A stretch of DNA of 47,665 nt, from sequence record SRR20825006_1019. One strand, written 5' to 3'. Position 1 is the first letter of the stretch. Every line of letters starts with the position of its first letter. A model generated the notes under the pieces. That model searched no databases. It had not been told where the DNA came from and saw only the letters and a program-made list of their open reading frames with translations. The translations under genes and the position numbers were made by a program. This document shows positions 10,164-21,234 of this stretch, piece after piece.

Positions 10164-11507
10164 ATGACGCGTCAGCTTACCCGGAGAAGGCAGCAACATC
10201 ATCTCACCAATACAGGCATTTGGTCTTGGGACGGGAACTGGATTTATTACGACATCCGTAGCGACACAAACGGTTCGGTTTTTGATGGAACGCGAATCGA
10301 ACGCGTGCACACTGGGTCGGGCGAAGTGGAAGTGGTTTACCAAGCTCAACGTGGCGCGTGTGTTGGTGTTGTGACGGCCAGTCCCGTCGAAAACAAAATC
10401 GCGTTTATACATGGACCGGAAGACCCAACCGCGGACTGGAGCTACTGCGCCTATCATCGACATGGCGTTTGTATGCGTCCGGGGCAAGATACCCAGGTTC
10501 AGCATCTCGATGCTCGGGATGTTGTGGATCCCTTCACTCCTGGAGCACTTCGTGGCGGGAGTCATGTTCACGTGTTTGATCAAAAAGGTGAGTGGGTCAG
10601 CTTCACCTACGAAGACCATGTGTTGGCGATGAACCCGGAAAACGGGCAATCCAACCAACGAAACGTGGGCGTCTCTATCCCAAACAACACTGTCACCGTG
10701 CCGAAGACTCATCGTCGCAATCACGATGGGGATTGCTTCAGCGTCGTTGTGACTCAAACGCACGACGATCCGAAAATTGGTACGGACCAAATTTGCAAAG
10801 CCTACGAAGATGCTTGGATCGGAAGTGAAGCTCGCGATCAGCCTGTTGGAGCAGGGCAGAGCAGGGCACTGGCATTCATCGGTGATGTGTCGGTCGACGG
10901 CTCACCGAGCGGTGATGAAGCAAGTCGAGCTTCATCGAGGAAGCAAACCAAAACAGTGCCAGAATTGTTTGTGGTGGAGTTGCCCGCGAATTGCATGATT
11001 GCCGGATCGGAACCATTGCAAGGCACTGCCCATTCACGACCTGCGCCGCCTGCCGGAACGGTTCAGCGGCGATTGACTCGAACCACGGATCGAGCGTATC
11101 CGGGTTTGGCAACGGATGTTCGTCATTGGCCGCGAAGTAAACCTGACGGAAGCAAAATTGTCTTCCTGATGCGAGACGACAACGGAGTGGTACAGCTTTG
11201 GGCGATTTCGCCAAACGGAGGATCGCCTCAGCAAGTTTCTTTTGGAAGCGAATCCGTTGGTTCCGCGTTTTCCATTCATCCGAGCGGTGATCTGGTTGCT
11301 TGTGTGATTGGCAACTCCATTTGCGAAGTCAGTTTGGATGATGGAAGCGTAGAGATAGTGGCAGAACAAAATGATCGGCTTGTTTGCCTTCCGTTTGCGG
11401 TGGTTTATTCACCAGACGGAAACGAAATCGCATTCGGTGGAGCGGTGGAAGATGGTGGGGCAACATTCAATCAGATTTTCATGACGGAATCGAAACATTC
11501 AAAGTGA
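10164..11507 (+). CDS. DUF3748 / YidR-like beta-propeller protein
   Basis: HHLTNTGIWSWDGNWIYYDIRS, FIHGPEDP, FTPGALRGGSHVHVF, SFTYEDH and RHWPRS recalled as YidR-like; start ATG 10164. Confidence 0.8.
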   Translation: MTRQLTRRRQQHHLTNTGIWSWDGNWIYYDIRSDTNGSVFDGTRIERVHTGSGEVEVVYQAQRGACVGVVTASPVENKIAFIHGPEDPTADWSYCAYHRHGVCMRPGQDTQVQHLDARDVVDPFTPGALRGGSHVHVFDQKGEWVSFTYEDHVLAMNPENGQSNQRNVGVSIPNNTVTVPKTHRRNHDGDCFSVVVTQTHDDPKIGTDQICKAYEDAWIGSEARDQPVGAGQSRALAFIGDVSVDGSPSGDEASRASSRKQTKTVPELFVVELPANCMIAGSEPLQGTAHSRPAPPAGTVQRRLTRTTDRAYPGLATDVRHWPRSKPDGSKIVFLMRDDNGVVQLWAISPNGGSPQQVSFGSESVGSAFSIHPSGDLVACVIGNSICEVSLDDGSVEIVAEQNDRLVCLPFAVVYSPDGNEIAFGGAVEDGGATFNQIFMTESKHSK

Positions 11508-11561
11508 CAGAATCGAATACAAGTGTTCAATAACAGCAACCTGATGAGAGAGAAAGCAACC

Positions 11562-13907
11562 ATGAGAATTCACAGACGGTCGTTGAAACCGATTGCGTTG
11601 GCTGTCGGATTGGTAGCCACGTTGACGTTGCAGTCAGGTCAAAGCGTGAGTGCGCAGGACAATCCAAAGTTGGTGCCACTGAACTACAACCATCCGGGCT
11701 TAGAGGTGGACTTGGGTGTGGGGCTCTGGGCTTATCCATTGCCAATGGACTATGACGGCGATGGCGATTTGGACTTGTTGGTTGGCTGTCCGGACAAACC
11801 TTCGAACGGAACGTATTACTTCGAAAATACAACTCAGGACCCGAGCGTCAAAATGCCGGTCTTCGAAGCACCGGTTCGTCTCGGCCGCGCGTTCCACAAT
11901 ATGTTGGCGAGTGAAGTCAATGGCGAGGCCAGAGTGTTGATCCCTGGTAAGTACTTTGCACAGGATCCCTCGACGGGAAAATTTGACTTCGACAAACCGA
12001 CGGGGATTTCTGCTCCCGGGAAACCGTTGACCACGCCGGGAGCTCGAATTCGCGGCAACATGTGGCGGTATGTGGACTATGACGGCGACGGTGATCACGA
12101 CTTGGTCGCCGGTGTTGGAGATTGGGCTGACCTGGGGTGGGACCACGCCTACGACGAGAACGGCACTTGGCAAAACGGTCCATTGCACGGCTACTTGTTT
12201 TTGATGACGAACTCGGGCAATGACTCCGCCCCAAATTACAAAAAGCCGGAGATGATTTCTGCCGGTGACAACGTGATTGATGTCTACGGGTGGCCGTGCG
12301 CTAGTTTTGTTGACTTCGATGGAGACAAAGATCTCGACATTGTTGTCGGTAACTTCTTGGACTATTTCACTTACTTCGAAAACGTTGGCTCTCGTGAAGA
12401 GCCTCGGTATCAATCAGGCAAAGAGCTTCAAAACGTTGATGGCGAACGTCTGACAATGCATTTGCAGATGATTACCCCGACTGCGATTGATTGGGACCGT
12501 GATGGTGATGCGGACTTGATCGTGGGCGATGAAGACGGCCGCGTTGCATTGATCGAAAACACTGGTGAGCTGCGCGATGGACAACCCGTGTTTCAAAATC
12601 CGGTTTACTTCCGGCAAAAAGCTGACACGTTGAAATTCGGTGCGCTTGCAACACCGTACGTGTCCGACTGGGACCAAGACGGCGACGATGACATTGTTTG
12701 TGGTAATACCGCAGGCAACATCGGTTGGTTTGAAAATCTCGGACAAGGAGCCGATGGATTGCCCAAGTGGGCTGAACCAGTGTTGTTGAATGTTCGCAAT
12801 GCGGACGGAACGGAAGAGCCGTTTCGAATCTTGGCGGGCGAGAATGGTTCGATTCAAGGGCCATGCGAAGCCAAGTGGGGCTACACCACATTGTCGCTCG
12901 CCGATTGGGATGGCGATGGGGATGATGACATCGTTTATAACTCAATCTTGGCAGAGGTTGGAGTGTTGCTCAATGAATCAGGCACCTTGGTTGAACACGA
13001 ATTGAAATCGGCTCCGGTCGAGAATCCACCGGCTTGGTACCCCTGGAAGTCCGCCACGAATGGTTCCTTGACGCAGTGGCGAACGACTCCGGTCGCGATC
13101 GATTTCGACGGCGACGAAACACTTGATTTGGTGTTGATGGATCAAGAAGGCTATCTAACACTTCGTCGTTCAGCGGGAGAATCCGAGCGATTGTTTGTTG
13201 ATGAGTCTGGTCAGCCAATCCGTTTGGCTGCTGGAACCGCCGGGCGTTCTGGACGTGTGAAGCTCGCCGTTGGCGATTGGGATTCAGATGGACGATTGGA
13301 CGTACTGATCAATTCCGAAAACGTCACTTGGTACCGCAACGTCGCCGATCAGGACGGCAAGGTGGTTCTTAAACGCATCGGCAACTTGGCTCGTCGCAAT
13401 GTCGCGGGACATACCGCCAGCCCCGCGGTTTGTGACTTCAATCGAGACGGGAAATTGGATCTGATTGTTGGCAGCGAAAACGGTCGGATCTATCACATTT
13501 TTCATGATGATTGCATTTCGTTTTCAGAAGCCGAATTAGCTGCGGATGTCCAGTTTCAGCGTGCGTCGCCAGCGAAACCCGTTGATCCGGAGGTGGACCG
13601 TGATGATGCAATCACTTTCGATTCGACGCGGGGACGCATCGCGGCCTGGATCGAGCCGGGAACGGATGCGACAAAGTCCGACGTCGTGCGATACCGCTAT
13701 CATGACGGTACTAAATGGTCGGGACCGATCACCGTTTTGTGGGAACAATCTAAGCCTGGAAAGGTGGACTGTTCAAAATTGCGGTTCGATGACAGCAGCG
13801 AAGATGATCGGATCGAGCTGAAGTTTGAAGCACACGTCGATGGTGCGTCAGAAACGATATCAAAGATCAGTTACGATCGTGGCCGTTCCTTTCGCGATGC
13901 CCAGTGA
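11562..13907 (+). CDS. Secreted FG-GAP/VCBS repeat protein with C-terminal Asp-box remnant
   Basis: Signal peptide (ALAVGLVATLTL...SA-Q); nine D[YFW]DxDGDxDLxVG-type repeats; ends SYDRGRSFRDAQ. Confidence 0.85.
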   Translation: MRIHRRSLKPIALAVGLVATLTLQSGQSVSAQDNPKLVPLNYNHPGLEVDLGVGLWAYPLPMDYDGDGDLDLLVGCPDKPSNGTYYFENTTQDPSVKMPVFEAPVRLGRAFHNMLASEVNGEARVLIPGKYFAQDPSTGKFDFDKPTGISAPGKPLTTPGARIRGNMWRYVDYDGDGDHDLVAGVGDWADLGWDHAYDENGTWQNGPLHGYLFLMTNSGNDSAPNYKKPEMISAGDNVIDVYGWPCASFVDFDGDKDLDIVVGNFLDYFTYFENVGSREEPRYQSGKELQNVDGERLTMHLQMITPTAIDWDRDGDADLIVGDEDGRVALIENTGELRDGQPVFQNPVYFRQKADTLKFGALATPYVSDWDQDGDDDIVCGNTAGNIGWFENLGQGADGLPKWAEPVLLNVRNADGTEEPFRILAGENGSIQGPCEAKWGYTTLSLADWDGDGDDDIVYNSILAEVGVLLNESGTLVEHELKSAPVENPPAWYPWKSATNGSLTQWRTTPVAIDFDGDETLDLVLMDQEGYLTLRRSAGESERLFVDESGQPIRLAAGTAGRSGRVKLAVGDWDSDGRLDVLINSENVTWYRNVADQDGKVVLKRIGNLARRNVAGHTASPAVCDFNRDGKLDLIVGSENGRIYHIFHDDCISFSEAELAADVQFQRASPAKPVDPEVDRDDAITFDSTRGRIAAWIEPGTDATKSDVVRYRYHDGTKWSGPITVLWEQSKPGKVDCSKLRFDDSSEDDRIELKFEAHVDGASETISKISYDRGRSFRDAQ

Positions 13908-14072
13908 TCTCCTTCAGCGGTGCCAGTGGTGCTTGACCGATGACGCTGGGGCTCACGTTTTGAGCTCCCTCGGCAATCGGTTTCGTCACTTCACCTCGAT
14001 CGGGAGATAGGTGTTAGTCACTTGTTTTCCTCGCATTCGTTACCCCTTTTTTTCAAAGACTTCATACGATCC

Positions 14073-15716
14073 ATGTCCATCATCGCTCTAGGTCTCGATT
14101 TCGGAACGGAGTCCGTTCGTGCCATCTTGGTGGACGCCGATGGTCGCGAGGTTGGGTCCGCGGTCAGTTCGTTTGAACATGGCCAGATCCTTGATACTTT
14201 GCCCGGCAGCGAGACGCCTTTGCCGGAGCGGTATGCACTGCAATGTCCGGCCGATTGGATTGAGTCGGCGGCAGTGGCCACCAAGGAGGCGTTGACGTCT
14301 GCTGGTTTGGTTGGAGACGAGGTTGTTGGCATCGGCGTGGACTTCACCAGTTGCACAATGTTGCCCACCAAACGCAACGGCACTCCGCTTTGCGAATTGG
14401 ACGGTTGGAAGTCGAGACCATTGGCTTGGCCAAAGCTATGGAAGCATCACGGTGCTTTGGAACAAGCCGATCGAATGACGGCCATCGCGAAAGAACGAGG
14501 GGAGTCATTCTTAAAACGATATGGTGGTGTGATCGGATTGGAATGGTTTTTCCCCAAGATGCTTGAAACGATTGAATGTGATCGTGATGTGGCCGAAGCG
14601 GCCGAGGTGTGGTTGGAAGCGGGGGACTGGTTCGTTTGGCAGCTTGTCGGCGGCGATTGTCATGCACTCGTTCGTTCAACTTGCCAAGCCGGCTACAAGG
14701 CGATGTGGTCGGCAGAAGAAGGCTATCCGTCGCAAGATTACTTTCAGGCCGTCCATCCGAAGCTCGCCGAAGCGGTAGCCAATCGGATGCCCGGCGAAAT
14801 GCGTTCACCGGGACAGGTCGCGGGTCACTTGACCTCAAAGATGGCAATGCGTTTTGGATTGCCAGCGGGCGTTCCCGTCTCGGCAGCCATCATTGATGCG
14901 CACTCGGGCGTGCCCGGTGTCGGCGCCGCTGAACCCGGTGCTTTGGTGATGGTGTTGGGGACCAGCAGTTGTCACATGCTCAACGCCACCAAGATGGTGG
15001 ACATTCCCGGAGTAGCCGGTGTCGTCAAGGGTGGGATCTTGCCTGGGTTGTTTGGTTATGAAACGGGCCAGGCTGCCGTCGGTGATGCTTTCGCTTGGTT
15101 GCTGAAATTGTTGAACCGCGACTCGTTCGATGATTTGGCCAAACAGGCGATGGCTTTGCCTCCCGGTGCCGAGGGCGTCACGTGCTTGGATTGGCTAAAC
15201 GGTTGTCGAACACCATTGATGGACGGTGCGGTTCGCGGTGCCTTCACAGGACTGGGAATGCAGCACGGTCCCGCTCATCTTTACCTCGCATTGATGGAAG
15301 CGTCCGCGTTCGGGGTGCGTTGGATCACCGAGCTGCTGCGTCATGGTTCCGCTGATCACTCGGCATCCGGTTCGGATGAAAGCGGTGTTCCGATCGATCG
15401 TTTGATCGCCACGGGTGGGTTGCCGCATCACAATCGGGCGTTCGTGGAGGTGTATGCAGACGTGTTGGGAATGCCCATCGAAATCCATCCCTCCACGCAA
15501 GGGCCTGCGGTCGGGGCCGCTGTCTTGGGAATGGTCGCTGCCGGGCCGGAGAAGACACCATTTTCCAGTATTGCTGAAGCGGCGTCCGCGATGGCGGCGG
15601 TGCCCGAGGATCAACGTGACCTGATCATGCCTCGACCAGAGCGAACGCGTGCTTACGAATCGCTTTATGATCGCTATCGTCAATTGGCCGACGCGGTCGA
15701 ACAGCAACGAATTTAA
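14073..15716 (+). CDS. araB: Ribulokinase (FGGY family)
   Basis: [54 protein letters not shown] and [10 protein letters not shown]. Confidence 0.88.
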   Translation: MSIIALGLDFGTESVRAILVDADGREVGSAVSSFEHGQILDTLPGSETPLPERYALQCPADWIESAAVATKEALTSAGLVGDEVVGIGVDFTSCTMLPTKRNGTPLCELDGWKSRPLAWPKLWKHHGALEQADRMTAIAKERGESFLKRYGGVIGLEWFFPKMLETIECDRDVAEAAEVWLEAGDWFVWQLVGGDCHALVRSTCQAGYKAMWSAEEGYPSQDYFQAVHPKLAEAVANRMPGEMRSPGQVAGHLTSKMAMRFGLPAGVPVSAAIIDAHSGVPGVGAAEPGALVMVLGTSSCHMLNATKMVDIPGVAGVVKGGILPGLFGYETGQAAVGDAFAWLLKLLNRDSFDDLAKQAMALPPGAEGVTCLDWLNGCRTPLMDGAVRGAFTGLGMQHGPAHLYLALMEASAFGVRWITELLRHGSADHSASGSDESGVPIDRLIATGGLPHHNRAFVEVYADVLGMPIEIHPSTQGPAVGAAVLGMVAAGPEKTPFSSIAEAASAMAAVPEDQRDLIMPRPERTRAYESLYDRYRQLADAVEQQRI

Positions 15717-15736
15717 TTCACTTTTCTACTACTTCA

Positions 15737-17365
15737 TTGGCTGACAAGAAGATGCCTCAAACGATCACATTGATTGCCTCCGGAGACCTGCGAGATTCCG
15801 CGAACCAAGTTTGTTGGGAGGCCCAAAAGGACATGGAGTCGCGATTGATCGCGGCGATTGAATCGTTGGGACACCGTGTCGTTCGCGGTCATGAGTTCGA
15901 TGAGGCACGCGGCCACGGTTTCATCCGTTCCCAGCGACAAGGGATGGATGTGTTTCGTGATATCGACCCGGATGCTCCGCTCATCGTTGCTGAAGCGGTG
16001 TGGCAATATTCTCATCACGTTTTGGCCGGTTTGACGACGCACCGTGGTCCCATTTTGACGGTGGCGAATTGGTCCGGCCAGTGGCCTGGTTTGGTGGGAT
16101 TGTTGAATCTCAACGGTTCGTTGACCAAAGCCGGAGTGCAATACAGTTCGCTGTGGAGCAAAGAATTCGCCGACGCCGTGTTCTTGGATAAATTGAAAAG
16201 TTGGTTGGACACCGGGTCCGTCGCTCACGAAATGAGTCACGTGACTCCATATGAAATCACCAGTTGCGACGCCAACACGCGAGCATTGGCGTTGCAGATT
16301 GCGGAAACGTTGCAGCGTGAGAAGGCCATCTTGGGTGTCTTCGATGAAGGATGCATGGGTATGTTCAATGCCATCATTCCTGATCATCTTTTACACGCGA
16401 CTGGCGTTTTCAAGGAGCGACTCAGCCAATCGGCACTCTACTCCGAATCTCAGCAAGTGAGTGATGAGGAGGCGCAGTCGGTGCGTGAATGGTTGGACCA
16501 AGCGGGAATGAAATTTCACACCGGCACCAACCACGAGACCGATCTCACCGACGATCAGATTCTCGGGCAATGTCGCGTCTACATCGCAGCGATGCGAATC
16601 GCAGATGACTTTGGCTGCGACGCGATTGGGATTCAGTACCAACAAGGATTGAAAGACTTGTTGCCCGCAAGCGACTTGGTCGAAGGCATGCTCAACGACT
16701 CAGTTCGTCCCCCGGTCTTTTCTCGCGACGGTTCGCGTGAGTTGTATGCGGGAGTTCCCCTGACGCACTTCAACGAAGTCGATGAGTGTGCGGGATTGGA
16801 TGGATTGATTACCAACCGAGTCCATTCCGCTTTGGGGCAACCGGTCGAGAATACGTTGCATGATTTGCGATGGTCAGATCGCGACGCGAGTGGCACGACC
16901 GATGAAGAGGTTTGGGTGCTGGAAATCAGCGGTGCGGTCCCGGCTTCCCACTTTGAAAACGGTTGGGCGGATGCTGAAGGTTTCCGGCAACCGCCGATGT
17001 ACTTTCCATCGGGCGGCAGCACGATCCGAGGTATTTCCAAGCCAGGCGAAGTGGTTTGGTCGCGGATCTTTGTGGCGGATGATCGGTTGCACATGGATTT
17101 AGGACGCGCGACCTCGATCGAATTGCCAGCCGAAGAAACGCAGCGACGCTGGGATGCTACGACCCCACAGTGGCCCATCATGCACGCGGTTCTTCATGGG
17201 GTTTCGCGAGACGAAATGATGGCGCGTCACAAGGCCAACCACATTCAAGTTGCTTACGCGAATTCAGCGGACGAAGCGGACTTGGCCATGCGAGCCAAAG
17301 CGTCGGTCGCCAATCAGTTGGGCATGGTCGTCAACTACTGCGGCGTGCGTCCGGATGCTCCTTGA
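15737..17365 (+). CDS. L-fucose/L-arabinose isomerase family protein
   Basis: [35 protein letters not shown] and C-terminal ANHIQVAY match the FucI-like metal-ligand layout. Alternative ATG at 15752. Confidence 0.75.
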   Translation: MADKKMPQTITLIASGDLRDSANQVCWEAQKDMESRLIAAIESLGHRVVRGHEFDEARGHGFIRSQRQGMDVFRDIDPDAPLIVAEAVWQYSHHVLAGLTTHRGPILTVANWSGQWPGLVGLLNLNGSLTKAGVQYSSLWSKEFADAVFLDKLKSWLDTGSVAHEMSHVTPYEITSCDANTRALALQIAETLQREKAILGVFDEGCMGMFNAIIPDHLLHATGVFKERLSQSALYSESQQVSDEEAQSVREWLDQAGMKFHTGTNHETDLTDDQILGQCRVYIAAMRIADDFGCDAIGIQYQQGLKDLLPASDLVEGMLNDSVRPPVFSRDGSRELYAGVPLTHFNEVDECAGLDGLITNRVHSALGQPVENTLHDLRWSDRDASGTTDEEVWVLEISGAVPASHFENGWADAEGFRQPPMYFPSGGSTIRGISKPGEVVWSRIFVADDRLHMDLGRATSIELPAEETQRRWDATTPQWPIMHAVLHGVSRDEMMARHKANHIQVAYANSADEADLAMRAKASVANQLGMVVNYCGVRPDAP

Positions 17366-17436
17366 GTCAACACACAGCAATTGGTTCCATTCGCAAGCAT
17401 CCATCCAGGGGCATCCTGGGTAACCGGAGAAACAAA

Positions 17437-18327
17437 ATGACTTTGAGACAATTCGCTTCCGCAACAAATCCAGCTTTGTGGCTTGCCTTCGTTTGCGGCA
17501 TGCTCCTGTTCGGCGGTATTGGTGCACGGACGGTCGTTGCCGATGAATCTTTCACCGCAATGACCTACAACGTTCGTTACTTAAACACACACGACCGGCA
17601 AGATCTCTGGTCGATGCGGCGATCCAAGGTCATTGAAACGATTGCGTCCGCGGACGTGGCAGGACTGCAGGAAGTCACGGTGCAGCAATTGCACGACATT
17701 CAAGAAGGCACACCCGAGTGGACTTGGTATGGCGTCGGGCGAGACGATGGAAAGGAAGGTGGTGAATTCGCTCCTATCGGATACCGACATGATCGATTCG
17801 AAGCGATGGACCACGGGACGCTTTGGTTGTCAGAGACACCCACGGTGGTCGGTTCGAAAGGTTGGGACGCAGCCTTGCCTCGGACGATGACTTGGATGGT
17901 GCTGCGTCGCAAATTGGATCGAGCTGAGTTTCTGGTTATCAATTCTCATTTCGATCACCGAGGCCAGAATGCTCGTGAGCAATCTGGTCGCTTGGTTGCC
18001 GCAGAAGTTGATCAACGAGCAACGGATTTGCCCGTGATTGTGATGGGCGATTTCAATGCGATGCCAGATTCGGCTCCGCTGAAGGCATTGCAATCCGGTG
18101 AAAAGGTGAAGTTACTGGATGCCCGAGACGAGGTGGATGGAAAACCCACGGGCCCAACCGGAACTTGGAATGGATTCAAGGCCATTCAGCCCGATCGGCG
18201 AATCGATCACGTCTTGGTCAATGACCGAGTTGTGGTCCAAGAATACCGAACACTGGATCCTCGAACGGAAGCCGGCCGCTACGCGAGCGATCACTTGCCG
18301 ATCGCGATCCAGATTGATCTGAAGTAG
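17437..18327 (+). CDS. Secreted endonuclease/exonuclease/phosphatase family protein
   Basis: Signal peptide; MTYNVR, GLQEV, NSHFDH, MGDFN, RIDHV and ASDHLP; GGAG upstream of ATG 17437. Confidence 0.92.
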   Translation: MTLRQFASATNPALWLAFVCGMLLFGGIGARTVVADESFTAMTYNVRYLNTHDRQDLWSMRRSKVIETIASADVAGLQEVTVQQLHDIQEGTPEWTWYGVGRDDGKEGGEFAPIGYRHDRFEAMDHGTLWLSETPTVVGSKGWDAALPRTMTWMVLRRKLDRAEFLVINSHFDHRGQNAREQSGRLVAAEVDQRATDLPVIVMGDFNAMPDSAPLKALQSGEKVKLLDARDEVDGKPTGPTGTWNGFKAIQPDRRIDHVLVNDRVVVQEYRTLDPRTEAGRYASDHLPIAIQIDLK

Positions 18328-18353
18328 GACGGATTCCTCGATGATCACGTTGC

Positions 18354-18385
18354 AAAAAATAAGCCCGTTCGAGAAGAGCGGGCTT
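18354..18385 (-). terminator. Intrinsic terminator between convergent genes
   Basis: aagcccgttc-gagaa-gagcgggctt hairpin (18361-18385), preceded by an A-run on + (T-run on -). Confidence 0.7.
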
Positions 18386-18413
18386 GATGAAGTTTGGAGC
18401 TTTTTGCAGCGGA

Positions 18414-19529
18414 TTAGCTGAAGTCGGGAAGGCGAACCAGTTCGCCGCCCTTCATCGCTGATTGATGAGCACACAAACCGGTGCAGGTCCAGTTCGCAGC
18501 CGTGGGAGCGTTTGGCCATGGATCGCGATCTTCTTTCACTGCCGAGACGAATTCGTGCACCATGTGTGGGTGCGATCCGCCGTGTCCGCCGCCTTGGACG
18601 AATGACAGGTGATCGGCATCATGAATTTCGGCTGGCAAGGTGAAACGCTGAATTGGTTCTGGCAGCAGGTGTGCGAAGTCAGGGATCTCGATCTTTTCTG
18701 GGATCTCGTGTTCAGGTTTCTTCGCCGTGTGCAGCACGTGCGGTTCGTTTTCAATAAGTGTCCACTCGAAGCTGCGTTTGGTTCCGTAAACGTCAAAGCT
18801 CTCCCGGTATTGTCGAGCCACGTCGTGAAGGAAACGCCAGATGTGTGCCGTGATGTCGCTGTCTTTTAGTTTGATGTGACAGCTTTGAACGGCGAAGGGG
18901 CTGCCTGATTTCTTGGCGATCTCCTCGCGAACGGTGCCCGATCCGAAGCAACTGACCGATTCTGCCAAGGCGTTTGTCAGACCCAAGCAGGGGCTGACGA
19001 CGTGCGTGGCGTAGTGCATTGGGATCATCTCTTCCCAGTAGCTCGGCCAGCCTTCCATGTCTTGCGGGTGCGATGCGGCGAGGTGCTGGATCTTTCCCAG
19101 TTCGCCTTTTTCGTACATGTCCTTGATGAACAAAAATTCGCGGCTGTAGACGACGGTTTCCGCCATCATGTATTTCAAGCCGGTCTCTTTGACCTTGTCG
19201 CAGATTTGTTGGCACTCTTCGATGGTCGTTGCCATCGGCACTGTGCACATCACGTGTTTGCCGGCATCGAGTGCCTTCAGTGACATCCAAGCGTGATCAG
19301 CGATGGGGCTGTTGATGTGCACGCACTCGACTTCTGGGTCAGCCAACACGGCGTCGAAGTCGGTGTAGCGTCGGTCGATGCCAAATTGATCGCCAGCCTT
19401 GTTCAGTTCCGTTTCATTTCGCCGGCAAATCGCCACGACGTCAGCGTCCGGGTGAGCTTGATAGATCGAAATGAACTCCGACCCGAAGCCCAAGCCGACC
19501 ATTGCCATCTTCACTTTGCCATCACTCAT
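18414..19529 (-). CDS. Gfo/Idh/MocA family oxidoreductase (cytoplasmic)
   Basis: MVGLGFG Rossmann motif; GKHVMCTVPM, PMHYATH and GGGHGGSHPH; AAAGGA upstream. Confidence 0.9.
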   Translation of the reverse strand: MSDGKVKMAMVGLGFGSEFISIYQAHPDADVVAICRRNETELNKAGDQFGIDRRYTDFDAVLADPEVECVHINSPIADHAWMSLKALDAGKHVMCTVPMATTIEECQQICDKVKETGLKYMMAETVVYSREFLFIKDMYEKGELGKIQHLAASHPQDMEGWPSYWEEMIPMHYATHVVSPCLGLTNALAESVSCFGSGTVREEIAKKSGSPFAVQSCHIKLKDSDITAHIWRFLHDVARQYRESFDVYGTKRSFEWTLIENEPHVLHTAKKPEHEIPEKIEIPDFAHLLPEPIQRFTLPAEIHDADHLSFVQGGGHGGSHPHMVHEFVSAVKEDRDPWPNAPTAANWTCTGLCAHQSAMKGGELVRLPDFS

Positions 19530-19683
19530 CGAAACGTTTTTCCTTTGCCGTCGAATCTTTCTGGGGACCTGATTTCGACCGTCAGTATAAAGCGACCGAA
19601 ATCGGATTCTATGTAAAATAAAGAATCGCGTATGTGTTATTTGACGAGTGCGGAAGGCGGCGGATCATGTTGTTCGTGGAGAG

Positions 19684-21117
19684 TTAGCATTCGCTGATGT
19701 TGACGGCCAAACCGCCGCGGGAGGTCTCTTTGTAGCGAGCTGACATGTCGGCGCCTGTGCGTTTCATAACCCGAATGACACGGTCAAGCGAAACGAAGTG
19801 CTTGCCATCTCCGCGGAGCGCCAAGCGACTTGCGTTGATCGCTTTCACGGCTCCCATGGCGTTGCGTTCGATGCAAGGGACCTGAACCAAGCCTTTGATC
19901 GGGTCGCACGTTAGGCCCAAGTTGTGTTCCATTCCGATCTCGGCGGCTTCTTCGACTTGGTGGGGTGTTCCGCCCAATGCTTCGGTTAAAGCTCCGGCGG
20001 CCATCGAGCATGCGACGCCGACTTCGCCCTGGCAACCAACCTCTGCACCGGAGATTGACGCGTTTCGTTTATACAGCGATCCAATCACCGCCGCAGTCAG
20101 TAGGAACCGTTCGATGGTTTCGTCGGTGACGTTTGGGCAAAAACGTTGCAGGTAGTGCAGCACCGCGGGGATGATACCCGCGGCGCCATTGGTCGGCGCG
20201 GTCACGACGCGCCCACCGGCGGCATTCTCTTCATTGACCGCGAGTGCATACAAATCGACCCAGTCCAAGACGCACAGCGGGTCGCGATCCAGTGGTTCGC
20301 TCCGTTCGGTCAGTGTTTGAAACAAGTCTGGTGCACGTCGTTCGACGTTCAGTCCTCCGGGCAAGATTCCTTTGGTGCGGCACCCTTTTTCGACGCATTC
20401 CTGCATCACTTTCCAGATTCGCTGAAGTCCCTCACGGATTTCTTCGGAAGTTCGAAATGTCAGCTCGTTTTTGAGGGCGAGCTCGTGGATCGAAATCTGA
20501 TGCGTGTCGCATTGATTCAGTAGCTCGCTGGCTGATGTGAATGGGTGAGGCACATCGGAGGAGCACTTCGTTTTTGTGTTGTCCTTTTTTGAATTGCTGG
20601 TTTGTCCTTCGCGGATGATGAAGCCACCGCCAACGGAAAGGTAGGTTGCTTCGATTGCGGCGGTCTGGCTGTCGATGTCCGTGAACGCAGAGAACCGCAT
20701 CGTGTTGGGGTGCATTCCTTTGACCGTTCGACGATGCATGATCAGATCGGTTGATTCGCAAAAGTCGATTGGCCGTTCGCCGTTGAGCAGCAGCCTTTTT
20801 GATTCTCGGATCGACGAAAGCTTCTCACCAACGGTTCCGGTGTCGATTTGGTCGGGGGTTTCGCCCAGCAATCCCATCAACAATGCGACGTCGGTTTGGT
20901 GTCCCAGGCCGGTCAGCGCAAGCGAACCGTAGAGATCGATTTGGACCCGCGAAACGCTTTTCAGCAGGTCGGAATCATCGAGCTCGGTGAGGAAGGCTTC
21001 CGCAGCCCGCATTGGGCCCACCGAGTGCGAACTGGAGGGGCCGATTCCGATTTTGAACAGGTCAAAAACGCCAAAATACGGAACAACTGTGTCGACGGAT
21101 TCAGCGGGGCGATTCAC
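19684..21117 (-). CDS. sdaA: L-serine ammonia-lyase (Fe-S, single-chain SdaA type)
   Basis: [51 protein letters not shown] and [10 protein letters not shown]...PCIERNA. Start set at GTG 21117, downstream of the tRNA and terminator. Confidence 0.93.
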   Translation of the reverse strand: MNRPAESVDTVVPYFGVFDLFKIGIGPSSSHSVGPMRAAEAFLTELDDSDLLKSVSRVQIDLYGSLALTGLGHQTDVALLMGLLGETPDQIDTGTVGEKLSSIRESKRLLLNGERPIDFCESTDLIMHRRTVKGMHPNTMRFSAFTDIDSQTAAIEATYLSVGGGFIIREGQTSNSKKDNTKTKCSSDVPHPFTSASELLNQCDTHQISIHELALKNELTFRTSEEIREGLQRIWKVMQECVEKGCRTKGILPGGLNVERRAPDLFQTLTERSEPLDRDPLCVLDWVDLYALAVNEENAAGGRVVTAPTNGAAGIIPAVLHYLQRFCPNVTDETIERFLLTAAVIGSLYKRNASISGAEVGCQGEVGVACSMAAGALTEALGGTPHQVEEAAEIGMEHNLGLTCDPIKGLVQVPCIERNAMGAVKAINASRLALRGDGKHFVSLDRVIRVMKRTGADMSARYKETSRGGLAVNISEC

Positions 21118-21187
21118 GAGGGTGAGCTTCCTGTTCGATGAACGCAGCCAGGGCACGAGGCCGCGGTGCTGGGCGAAAGCGGGCATG

Positions 21188-21226
21188 AAAAAAGCCCCGT
21201 CAAAACCATGTTCTGACGGGGCTTTT
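21188..21226 (-). terminator. Intrinsic terminator after tRNA-Ser (potentially bidirectional)
   Basis: aaaaaagccccgtcaaaac-catg-ttctgacggggctttt: GC stem with T-runs on both strands. Confidence 0.85.
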
Positions 21227-21234
21227 GGGCTCAG

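Noticed and set aside
8983..10167. 394-aa plus-strand ORF
   Set aside because: Out of frame within the SSS gene and antisense to gntR; no motifs; typical shadow ORF.
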